NCBI GenBank assembly: GCA_951406725.2
Contig: OX597814.1
Location: 7,874,001 to 7,938,000, forward strand
Length of the DNA: 64,000 nucleotides
Source of the DNA: Octopus vulgaris
Taxonomy: Eukaryota
Direction of reading: 5' to 3'
Both the position numbers and the translations under genes were made by a program. The notes under the pieces were generated by a model. It was given only the letters and a program-made list of their open reading frames with translations, was not told the DNA's origin and did no database searches. How positions within the stretch are numbered: the stretch's first letter is position 1; each line of letters opens with the position of its first letter. Below are positions 54,372 through 64,000 of this stretch, in pieces.

Positions 54372-54449
54372 GTTCAGGTCACTGCTTGGAATCGAACTCG
54401 GAATCTTGGGGTTAATAGCCCACGCTCTTAACCACTACACCATATGCCC
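54372..54449 (-). other. tRNA-like (Pol III A/B box) segment; not a functional tRNA
   Basis: GGGCATATGGTGTAGTGGTTAAGAGCG..GAGTTCGATTCC; acceptor and T stems do not pair. Confidence 0.6.
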
Positions 54450-55158
54450 TGGGGCAATTATGGAGTGAATTTTAGGGCTTATAAATCTAATATTTCCCTA
54501 TCCTTCTTTAATGCCGGTTCCCATATGCTGCTCATATCTGCACTTGGTCTGCTTAGGGGGTTGTTGTGTCCTAGCATATGTGCTGCTTCTTTTAGTTTTC
54601 ATATTTTCCAGTGGCATTCTCTGTCTATTATTTTAACTTCATCCCACAGGGGGCGGTGGTTTCCATGTTTCCATACATGATCAGCTATACCCGATTTATC
54701 AATATCTCCTCGTGTCACAGCTTTGCGATGTTCCTCTACCCTTATTTTGAGGGGCGGCATGTTTCGCCTTTGTATAACCTTCTACAGTTGCATGGGATGG
54801 AGTACACACAATTCTTAGTCATATTCTCTTCTATTGGTGGTTTTGAGAAGTGTTGTATTACTCTTGAATACTGTTATGATATCATATGGGCTGCATATCT
54901 TTTGTATCTTTTCGGAGAGGCTTTTCACATAGGGTAGACAGACTGCAGACAGTTTATTGATTTCATCCTCTCTTTTCTTCAGAATTGGAGTGGATAGTAT
55001 GTTTTGGGGTTGTTGTTGCTTAATAGATTGTTATTGAGCTTGATCATTTCTTCGTGGTGTGTATCATGATCGCTACTTATATTCTTTGCACAATGTTTTA
55101 GGCACTGAGTAATCCTTCTCTTTACACTGTATGGATGGTGGGAATTGAAGTTGAGGTA

Positions 55159-55258
55159 NNNNNNNNNNNNNNNNNNNNNNNNNNNNNNNNNNNNNNNNNN
55201 NNNNNNNNNNNNNNNNNNNNNNNNNNNNNNNNNNNNNNNNNNNNNNNNNNNNNNNNNN
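55159..55258. other. Assembly gap (100 N)
   Basis: Direct reading. Confidence 1.
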
Positions 55259-55425
55259 AGTCTTCGCTACATTTGCGGTACCTGCCAGAGGGAGTGTTTG
55301 TCCAGGATAGGACTACACAGCCACAGCAGGAAATGTATCAGGACATGAAATATAAAAGCCGGACTAGACTACTTTATGCGCAACTCCATTGTCTCCCGAG
55401 ACAGAAAGGATGCCAACCAACCAAG
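55259..55425 (+). mobile_element. 3' end of a BovB-like RTE LINE
   Basis: YICGTCQRECLSRIGLHSHSRKC C-terminal motif; (CCAA)n tail. Confidence 0.75.
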
Positions 55426-55564
55426 TGGCTTTGACATGTGAATGTGTGCATGTGTGAATGCGTCTATAATGTGTGGGTGTGTAGATGACGGTGTAGGGGT
55501 GCAGATAATGGGTGTGGTGTGGATGCTGGGAAGTGTTCAGTGCTAGTGTGTGTAGACATATATA

Positions 55565-56823
55565 TAGGGGTTGGACAAAAGACAGAAACACCTAGCATCA
55601 TAATTTTGAAATGTCTATAAAACCATCAAAAGCTTGTTTATTTTTATGTTTTTTGATTTATTATTAATGTTGCTTAATGTTTTGCTAAAATTGCCATTTC
55701 TTCTCAGATATCATAGAAAAAGTTAATTAAAATTCATTAAAATGACAGATCTATCCGACTTTCAATGAGTTGAAATTGTTGGTGTTCGTATGGCAGGCAC
55801 TAGCATAACAAAAACAGCCAAAATGTTTGGTGTATCAAGAAGTACTGTCTCGAAAGTAATGACAGCCTTTGAGAAAGAGAGAAAATCTCCTCATTGAAAC
55901 AAAACTTCAGAAGAAAACCAAAACTTTCAGATAGGGACCATCTGACTCTTACGTGAATTGTTAGAAAGGATCGCAAAAGTACAACTCCCAAAATCACTGC
56001 AGAGCTTAATGGCCACCTGAAGAACCCAGTTTCCATAAAAACTGTTCATCAGGAGCTACACAAAGCCAGATTTCATGTGAGGACTGCAATCAGAAAACCA
56101 CTCCTTTCAAAAACAAACGTTGCAAAGCATTTAGAGAGGAGTAAAACCTACAGAATTGGTCCCTAGAGCAGTGGAAAAATGTTATTTTCTCAGATGAGTC
56201 ATCCTTTACCTTATTTCCGACCACTGGCTGAGTATATGTGTGGAGACAGCCAAAGGAAGCATTTGACCCAGAATGCCTTCTTCCAACTGTTAAACATGGA
56301 GGAGGATCTGTGATGATGGGGAGGGGGGTCTATATCTTGGAAATCCGCCGGCCCAATGGTTTCCCTTCATGGCAGAATTAATAGTCAAGACTATTTAAGC
56401 ATTTCATCTGATCAAATTCATCTTATGGTTGCAGAACTGTTTGTGGAGTGAAAAGAAATCCTTCAGGATGATAATGCACCAATTCACACAGCTAAAGTTG
56501 TTACTGAATGGCACGAGGAACATTCTAGTGAAGTTGAACATCTTCTCTGGCCTCCACAGTCCTCAGATCTCAGTATTATCGAACATTTATGGTGCATTTT
56601 AGAAAAAACCAGTAAGGAGTCGATATCCTCCACTATCATCACTACAAGAACTGGAGACTCTTTTAGCTGAAGAATGGACAAAAATTCCTTTGGAAACAAT
56701 TCAAACTTAGTACAAGTCCATACCTCATAGAATTCAAGCTGTAATTACTACCAAAGGTAGTCCTACCCCATATTAAAAAAATATGTTTGAAATTTTATGG
56801 TGTTTCCATTATCTTGTGCAACC

Positions 56824-56827
<4 letters not shown>
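55565..56827 (+). mobile_element. Tc1-family DNA transposon, second copy, inverted relative to 27517-28785
   Basis: TA-flanked TIRs; transposase from 55742 (MTDLSDFQ*), FSDES, QDDNAPIH, WPPQSSDL. Confidence 0.9.
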
Positions 56828-56875
<48 letters not shown>

Positions 56876-56878
<3 letters not shown>

Positions 56879-57050
56879 AATAACATTAGTAGAGCAAAGT
56901 TATATAGAATAGGTAATAAAATGTGCTTGTTATGCTCTACTGAGTTTATGAAATACTCCAGTCGAAAGAAGTATTACTGAATAGTACAGAAGAGAAGGAA
57001 ATAAAATGCCAACACAAAAATAGTTACACATATAAAATGAAAAATATATG
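56876..57050 (+). mobile_element. AT-rich Penelope-like C-terminal fragment
   Basis: WNNISRAKLYRIGNKMCLLCSTE resembles 29690-29800. Confidence 0.6.
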
Positions 57051-57654
57051 AAAAGTTACCCCCCACCCAGTACGTAATTTCTTAAACAATTATGAGGAAG
57101 GTAGTTAAATATAGTTTTAATAGAATAATATAATAGTATTAGATATGAATATACCTAAAACCAAGAATAAATGTAAAGAATATTACCTTAAAAAGTATTA
57201 GACAGGCCACATATTGAATAAAATAAATCTCTAAATCTTTAACACTAGAAAAAATCCAATTATACCTAAAGATAAGATTATCTTATTATTACCTCCCCTT
57301 GAATTCAACCTCTCTAATGATATTAGTCTTAAAGAATTTTGTTTTTTTTAGAGTAGTGTATTTTATTCCCAGAATATTTAATGCAGGACAGAAGGTTAAA
57401 GAAGGAGTAAACATGCAGATAAGTATTCTTCCTTTGTTAATTGTGGTATATAGTTTTATTCAAAAAATTTATAACATATATAGAGGGTTTTTTTTACTTT
57501 TTAAATATTATTAACCTACGTTTGTCATAATAATGGTAATATATACTAGTGTTGATAGGGGTAAATTTCGCAATAAATTATTAATTCCCGTAAAGTTTAT
57601 AGAGATAGGCAGTTTAATTTGATGTGTTTATAAAATAGTCGATGAGGGTTTCTA

Positions 57655-57846
57655 TGCCGTGCTGGTGGCACGTAAAAAGCACCCACTACACTCTCGGAGT
57701 GGTTGGCTTTAGGAAGGACATCCAGCTGTAGAAACTCTGCCAGATCAAGATTGGAGCCTGGTGCAGCCATCTGGTTCGCCAGCCCTCAGTCAAAATCATC
57801 CAACCCATACTGGCATGGATAGCGGACGTTAAACGATGATGATGAT
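57655..57846 (+). mobile_element. RTE 3'-terminal fragment
   Basis: GGAGTGGTTGG..CCAACCCAT..GGACGTTAAACGATGATGAT. Confidence 0.85.
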
Positions 57847-57997
57847 ATATATCACTATTGTATTTTTAGGTGTTTTATTTTATTAAATTTTTATGAATTT
57901 AAAAAATTTTTTAAATCTTATATATATTTTTAATGAAGATATCTAAGAATTTGTAGGATGAAATTGGATCCGTTAATAATAATAATGATAAGAGGAA

Positions 57998-58080
57998 AAT
58001 AGCCTGAGGACGCACTTGTGGGTTTATGTATTAGGTGTAGCCTAGTAAAACAAACCAACAGGGCAGAAACATGTAGCATT
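57998..58080 (+). ncRNA. Type I hammerhead ribozyme-like motif with extended stem II
   Basis: AATAGC-CTGAGGA-(CTTGTGGGTTT..TATTAGG/CCTAGTA..AAACCAACAGG)-GAA-ACATGT-A-GCATT. Confidence 0.62.
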
Positions 58081-58130
58081 GATTAATATTATCTTCTTTC
58101 CCCACAGACTAATAACAGGTAAGGTATATA

Positions 58131-59755
58131 CCATAAATCCTCGAGTATAGTCTCCCCTTGAGTATAATATGCAGGGGATTTTTAGGGGGCTGTACCTCTG
58201 AAAAACCTAGACCTTGTGTATAATACGCACTGCTTCTCTAACTTGAGTCAAGGAGGTTTATATAACGTCCTTGGTTTGTAAAAATGTATACAGTAACGTC
58301 CTTTATGATTATTGTACATATAACATAATGCAAACGTGTAACTTTTTTGTGCATTTTGTTTTCAGAAAATAAAGAATTAACAGTAATAACGTCAGTGAAA
58401 AATAAATATTAAGTAAATTGCCTTCACATATTTATCACTATCAGTTGCAAAAGCAAAACCATTTATTCAAATCCTTCAAATTCAACATCACTTTCAGCAT
58501 TAAATAACTGTTCCATTTGTTCCTCTGTAAACATATCAGCATCATTGTAGTGTAAATCTCCGTCATCATCAGATTCATAGTCAACATCAGAAGATTCACT
58601 TTCATTTAATTAATCTTTCCATATGTCATCCTGAGTACCATCCAGTGCAGACAATATACAACATTTGATGAAACTTTTCACATTAATCTGGGGATCAAGT
58701 TCATTCCATGCATACACGATCCATTTGCTTATCAAAGTCAGGTCAGGAGTGCGAACCCTTCTACCTTTAGTGATCGACTTTATGCCTTGGCATAAAGTTA
58801 CTGGCCCAGCCACGTGATGCTTTAAATTCTGACTCATTAAGTTTTATCTCTTTAGCAAGGAGTTTTGCCTGAAGCCTCGAATGTACTGTATTCCATCAAG
58901 TCTTCTTTCCTCTACCCATTCAAGCAAAATTTTTTCAAACTCAGGATGTTTGGCCTTTCCTCTCACTTTTTGCCTTCTTTATCTTTGGTATCTGTTTAAT
59001 TTCATCGTTATTTCTTCTCCATAACCTGACATTGCTTTCATCAACATGAAATTTTCTTCCGGCAGCCCTATAACCATGCTCTTCAGCATGTGATATAACT
59101 TCAAGTTTAAACATAGCTGAATAAGATCTATGAAGCATTTTATGGGCATGTAATGTATAAAATGTTTTACTGGAGATTAATGTACAGGTTTAAGTCCCAC
59201 TTATAAAAAAAAAACCCTAGTAAAGATCCACAGCAGTTCAAACATTTAATACTGGTATTTAATTAAGTATCTATTGTTTGCCACGGTAATGAGGCAAACT
59301 GCCAATAGAAAGAGCAGAATTAAATATTTAGCACTCAACTATTAAGCACAATTCGTCCGTAATTAAGCCAGCAGCACCTAGTTGAACAAACACTTCCGCG
59401 CATGTGTAATAAAATAATGGTGATGTTCTTAACTGTTATATGGGAATGTAAATATGTTTTCAAATTGTTTTTGTTACATGTTATTCTGTGTTCTGAATAC
59501 TTTTATTTTAATAAATGTTGCTTACTGTTATGGATTATTCTTTTATGACTTCATTGCTTTCAAGCTTAGCTTAGAATATTTTCACGCCCGATATCACAAA
59601 ATGCGCCTGAATAAACATTGCCAGACAGCAAATAGAGACTCGGACATTGCTTAGAAAGTATTTTTCATTTTTTTATCTCGTATATAGTACGGTACTAGGG
59701 ATTTTGACCTTTAAATTTTGGGAAACAAATATGGATTATACTCGAGGATTTACGG
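58131..59755 (-). mobile_element. pogo-family (POGK/Passer-like) DNA transposon, internally deleted
   Basis: TA TSD; TIR CCATAAATCCTCGAGTATA / TATACTCGAGGATTTACGG; BrkDBD-like RSYSAMFKLEVI..FHVDESNVRLWR; C-terminal AWNEL..SFIKCCI..LDGTQDD; DDE core absent. Confidence 0.88.
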
Positions 59756-59967
59756 TATATATTTTTTAAATATGTTTAAATAATTTCTAATTAATTCTAT
59801 TGTACTTTATTTTATTGTACGTTATAGTAGGCTTTAAAATGCTTATATTATTAGATTAGTATTTTGTATATAACTTTCTATGTGTACTCCAGAAAATGAG
59901 GTTGTCCTGAAATTGAAGTTGTGGTCCTATTGGTAAAATCCCAAATATGTAATAATATATATATATA

Positions 59968-61103
59968 CTAGCAGCTAAGCCCGGTTTCACCCAGTCTGTT
60001 TGGATGATGTGGCTGTGAGCGTTTTCGGTTAGGCATAATCTATAACTGCGTTTCTCAACTTTATCATTTCGGGTCCCCTCTTTCGATTGGAACCTGCAGC
60101 TGTATGAAAACTTCCTGATTCCCCCCCCACCCTTATCAGAAAAGAGCTTCAGAAGTTGTGAAGAACAAATCTGTACATAGTCTGTTTCTGAGAGCTATTC
60201 TATTGGACCTCTGTCTGATCATTAAAACATTGATTTAATTATGAACATAAAGAAATTATACATAAATCCCTATTTTTGTAAGCAGTTGTATCTGTAAAGA
60301 TTTTATTTGCAGATAGCAGAAATTGAAAGAAGGTATGTGAAATGGACGTGTGTGTGTGTGTGCTTGCGCATGTGTATGTGAAAGAGAAAGAGGGTGAGAA
60401 AGAGATTGGACATCTTTGTAATCAGAGCAGAAATTGAAAGAAGATATATGAAATGGACGTGTGTGAGTGTGTGTCTTTCCTGCTAATTTGTGGGGATTTT
60501 TGCAGTCAGCACGTGGTGGTTTGTGTTTATCTCTAGAGTCGAATTGTTAATTTGTCTGTAATAGCAATGCCCGGACAAGTCAAAATATCTTCGTTTTTTA
60601 CTCCTTCGCCTGCAGTAAAAGGAGTCAAGAGCCCTTCTCTATAAAATTTTTTACTTTCATAATATAAGGTTGGGTAGAAAGGGGATCTTTAGAAGTCTGC
60701 GGGGAAAATGAAAGAGACATAGGGAGCGCAATTGAATAAGTGAAGTTCTTTTGAAGTTGGCGTGAATTTGAAGAATTGATGTGAAAGTGTGTGTGCATGT
60801 GTGTGTGTGTGTTTGATGGGGTGTGCGATATGGCCAAGAGTTAACTTGTCATGAGAGAATGTGTGAATGAGTGACAGAGAAAAGGAGAGAGAGGTTATGT
60901 ATGTTGGCGAGGGAATTCCATTAGAAAAAGTTTTAATCAATTTTCTTGGTAACTAGGTATGGAAAAATACAAACTGCATTCCAATCTATGCACACGTCTC
61001 CAAATGTGTGCCATTTTTCACGTGAATCCACCCAGCTGTTTGGCTGTGAATCTCAAAACAAGAAAGAATACAACGCTCACCCGTGTCCAATTTATATTAC
61101 AGA
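59968..61103 (-). mobile_element. Non-autonomous Helitron, copy 1
   Basis: Minus strand starts TC (TCTGTAATATAAA) and ends with a short GC hairpin plus CTAG; internal TG/AG microsatellites. Confidence 0.8.
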
Positions 61104-61617
61104 CTAGCAGCTAAGCCCAGTTTCACCCGGTCTGTTTGGATGTTGTGGCTGTGATCGTTTTTGGTTAGGCATAATCTATAACAGCATTTCTCAACCTTAT
61201 CATTTCATGTCCTCTGTTTCGATTGGAACCTGCAGCTGTATGAAAATTTCCTGACCCACCCCTTGTCAGAAACAGCTTTAGGAGATGTGAAGAACGAATT
61301 CTTACATAGTCTGTTTCTGAGAGCTATTCTATTGGACCTCTGTCTGATCATTAAAACATTGGGCGATCTTTTGATATGGGAACACACGACTCACTTACAT
61401 ACCACTTATAAACCACGTGTGTGTATTTACACTTTTGAAGATGATCGTCGGTTTCTGTAAAAAAAATTTATTTTTTTAATATAGGGTTAGGTGGAAAGGG
61501 GATCTTTTGAGTCTGCATGAAAGCGAAAGAGACAGGGAGAGCATGGGTGTATGAATGAAGTTCTTTTGAAGTTGGCGTGAAGCGGAAGAAGTGATGTGCA
61601 TGCGTGTGAGTGTGCGT

Positions 61618-61673
<56 letters not shown>

Positions 61674-62348
61674 TGGGGGGGGGGGCGAGACAGAATGTGT
61701 GGTGTATATGTGAATTGCTTTTGTCAGTGTGTGTGAAGAGACAGAGAGAGTAATGTTACTGGTGTGTGAGAGAGAGAGAGAGAGATAACTGAAATTTTTT
61801 ATTCACTTTTTGTAGTGAGTGAATGTGAGTCATTGACAGAAAAAGCGAGAGAAAGAGAGAGACGTTATGTATGTATGAATGGCTTCAGTGACACACACAC
61901 ACACAGGTTGTTAGTATGTATGTATACATAGATGTATGTATCTATGCATGGCCGAGAGAGTGTTATCTGAAATTTTGTTATTCACTTTTGTAGTGAGTGA
62001 ATGTGTGAGTGACTGACAGAGAAAAGGAGAGAGAGGTTACGTATGTATATATGTATGAATGGCTTTGGCTGACTGTCATCCTGTATTCTCCTTGTTGCTA
62101 AGCGAAATGGTATATGCTGGCAGTGTGAGCAACTGGTTGTTTTAATGGTGGGGGAATTCCATTGGATAAGTTTTAATCGATTTTCTTGGTAACTATGGGG
62201 TCTAGGAAAAAATACAAACTGCATTCCAGTCTATGCACCTGTCTCCACATGTGTGCCATTTTTCACGTGAATCCACGCAGCCGTTTGGCTTTGAACCTCA
62301 AGACAAGAAAGAATACAACACTCACCCGTGTCCAATTTATATTATAGA
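61104..62348 (-). mobile_element. Non-autonomous Helitron, copy 2 (head-to-tail with copy 1)
   Basis: Same termini (TCTATAATATAAA ... CTAG); the dimer sits between A (59967) and T (62349). Confidence 0.8.
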
Positions 62349-63085
62349 TATAAAAGAATGCAAAAAATGGGAGAAAATGCAAAATATCCAGACAGTTAGA
62401 TGATACAAAAAAAAAAAGAGACAAGAAAAAACAAGGAAGGATCATTCAGAGTTTTCTTTCCAAAGTCGAGTTCCAGATTATCTTTTCAATTTTGGCTGCT
62501 CATACTCAGGATTGCTCCAATTTGGCCATCCCCAAGGAAAAACTAAGCTAAGAGCACGAGGTTCCTAGGAAGAAAGCAGTGAATGTAGATGAAAACGAGG
62601 ACGAAAATGGACAAATGGTACACAAATACAAATGCAAATAATAGAACATTAACAACAAGTGTCTTTCGACTAAGGACGAATTAAATTAAGCTGGTGTGTG
62701 TGGAAGTGAAGCCTTACGGCAGGGACATAAGAGATAACAGGTGTGGGGAGGAATATAGATGTTGCACGGATGGTAGTCGAACCAAGAAAGAAAGGTCAGG
62801 CTTGGCCGAACACCAGTCACGTGGGGAGGGAAGAGAGAGAGGTAGAGACAGAAGGACAGAAGAATTAGGGAGGGATGAGAAAAGACAGGGAGAGAGTAAG
62901 GTGAAAGAGGAGGGAAGATGAGAATGAAGAGAAAGCCAGGAAATGTGAGAGAGGGGGAATGAAAGAAAGAAGAATGGAAAGAACAAAGTAAGTGTGAAGG
63001 GGATTATAGAAAGAAAGAGAGAATGAATGAATAAGGGAGTTGTACAAAATTTAGATACATTTAGACTCTTATATGTAAGTACATA

Positions 63086-64000
63086 TCATCATTATCATCA
63101 TTTAACGTCTGCTTTCCAAGCTGGCATGAGTTGGATGATTTGACTGAGGACTAGCGAACCAGGTGGCTGCACCAGGCTCCAATCTGATCTGGCAGAGTTT
63201 CTACAGCTGAACACCCTTCCTAATGCCAACCACTCCGAGAGTGTGGTGGGTGCTTTTACATGACACCGGCATGAGGGCCAGTCTGGCAGTACTGGCAACG
63301 GCCACGCTCAAAAGTTTTTTTCATGTGCCAGTAAGGCAACGCTAGTAACGATCATGCTCAAATAGTGCTTTTTACATGCTACCAGCACGGAAGCCCCTCA
63401 GTTGCTCTGGCAAGGATCACGCTCAGATGGTGATCTTAGCGCTCCACTGGCATGGGTGCCAGTCATCGAATTTGATTCGATTTCGATTTCACTTGCCTCA
63501 ACAGATCTTTGCAAGCAGAATTTAGTGTCCAATGAAGGAAAGGTATGCATAAGTGGGCTGGTTACACCCCTGGCATAGCCCACGGATTATAGTCTCACTT
63601 GGTTTGCCGGGTCCTCTCACGCACTGCATATTTCCAAAGGTCTCGGTCTCTAGTCATTGCCTCTGTGAGGCCTAATGTTTGAAGGTTGTGCTTCACCACC
63701 TCATCCCAGGCCTTCTTGGATCTACCTCTTCCACAGGTTCCCTCAATAGCTAGGGTGTGGCACTTTTTCACACAGCTATCTTCAGCCATTCTCGTCACAT
63801 GACCATACCAGCACAGTTGTCTCTCTTGCACACCACATCTGATGCTTCTTAGGTCCAACTTTTCTCTCAAGGTACTTACACTCTGTTGAGTATGCACACT
63901 GACATTACACATCCAGCAGATCATGCTAGCTTCATTCCTTGTGAACTTACGCATGTCCTCAGCAGTCATGGCCGATGTCTCACTGATATGTAGCATGGCT
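63086..64000 (-). mobile_element. RTE LINE 3' portion, runs off the right edge
   Basis: ORF 63595-63996; (GAT)n tail. Confidence 0.9.

Larger units (their letters stand above)
54115..55135 (-). mobile_element. Penelope-like element 3' end (degenerate GIY-YIG) with tRNA-like segment, (TAA)n and hammerhead remnant
   Basis: Minus-strand CVYS..GETCRP GIY-YIG remnant near 54750-54810; hammerhead core at 54197-54237. Confidence 0.7.

Noticed and set aside
54372-54449. Functional tRNA gene
   Set aside because: A and B boxes are present but acceptor and T stems do not pair
58094-58124. Possible 11-nt microexon (TTCTTTCCCCACAG-ACTAATAACAG-GTAAGG)
   Set aside because: Would put an in-frame TAA into the phase-1 host frame and lies in probable TE sequence; no transcript evidence

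Overview
AT-rich eukaryotic genomic DNA dominated by transposable elements. The repeat mix (RTE LINEs with (GAT)n tails, Dong/R4 LINEs at (TAA)n tracts, tRNA-derived SINEs, Penelope-like elements) resembles a cephalopod such as Octopus, but this is an inference. One host gene is visible on the + strand: four coding exons (24018-24030, 37713-37910, 46624-46860, 52933-53166) with GT-AG, phase-1 introns that splice into one open frame encoding PARP14/PARP10-like N-terminal RRM repeats. No further exon was recognised. The rest is a perfect 239-bp tandem array, many decayed RTE and Dong/R4 LINEs, Penelope-like (RT/GIY-YIG) fragments, a Ty3/Gypsy element with a 5-bp TSD, two Tc1 copies, a pogo (POGK-like) deletion derivative, Helitron remnants, MITEs and SINEs. 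The most unusual object is a 383-bp fold-back element (25571-25953) whose apex is a complete type I hammerhead ribozyme with a compensatory U3-A8 core. Several other hammerheads lie in Penelope-like termini, and the RTE family carries a PHD-type finger inside its reverse transcriptase. All calls come from manual reading; no searches or folding programs were run.
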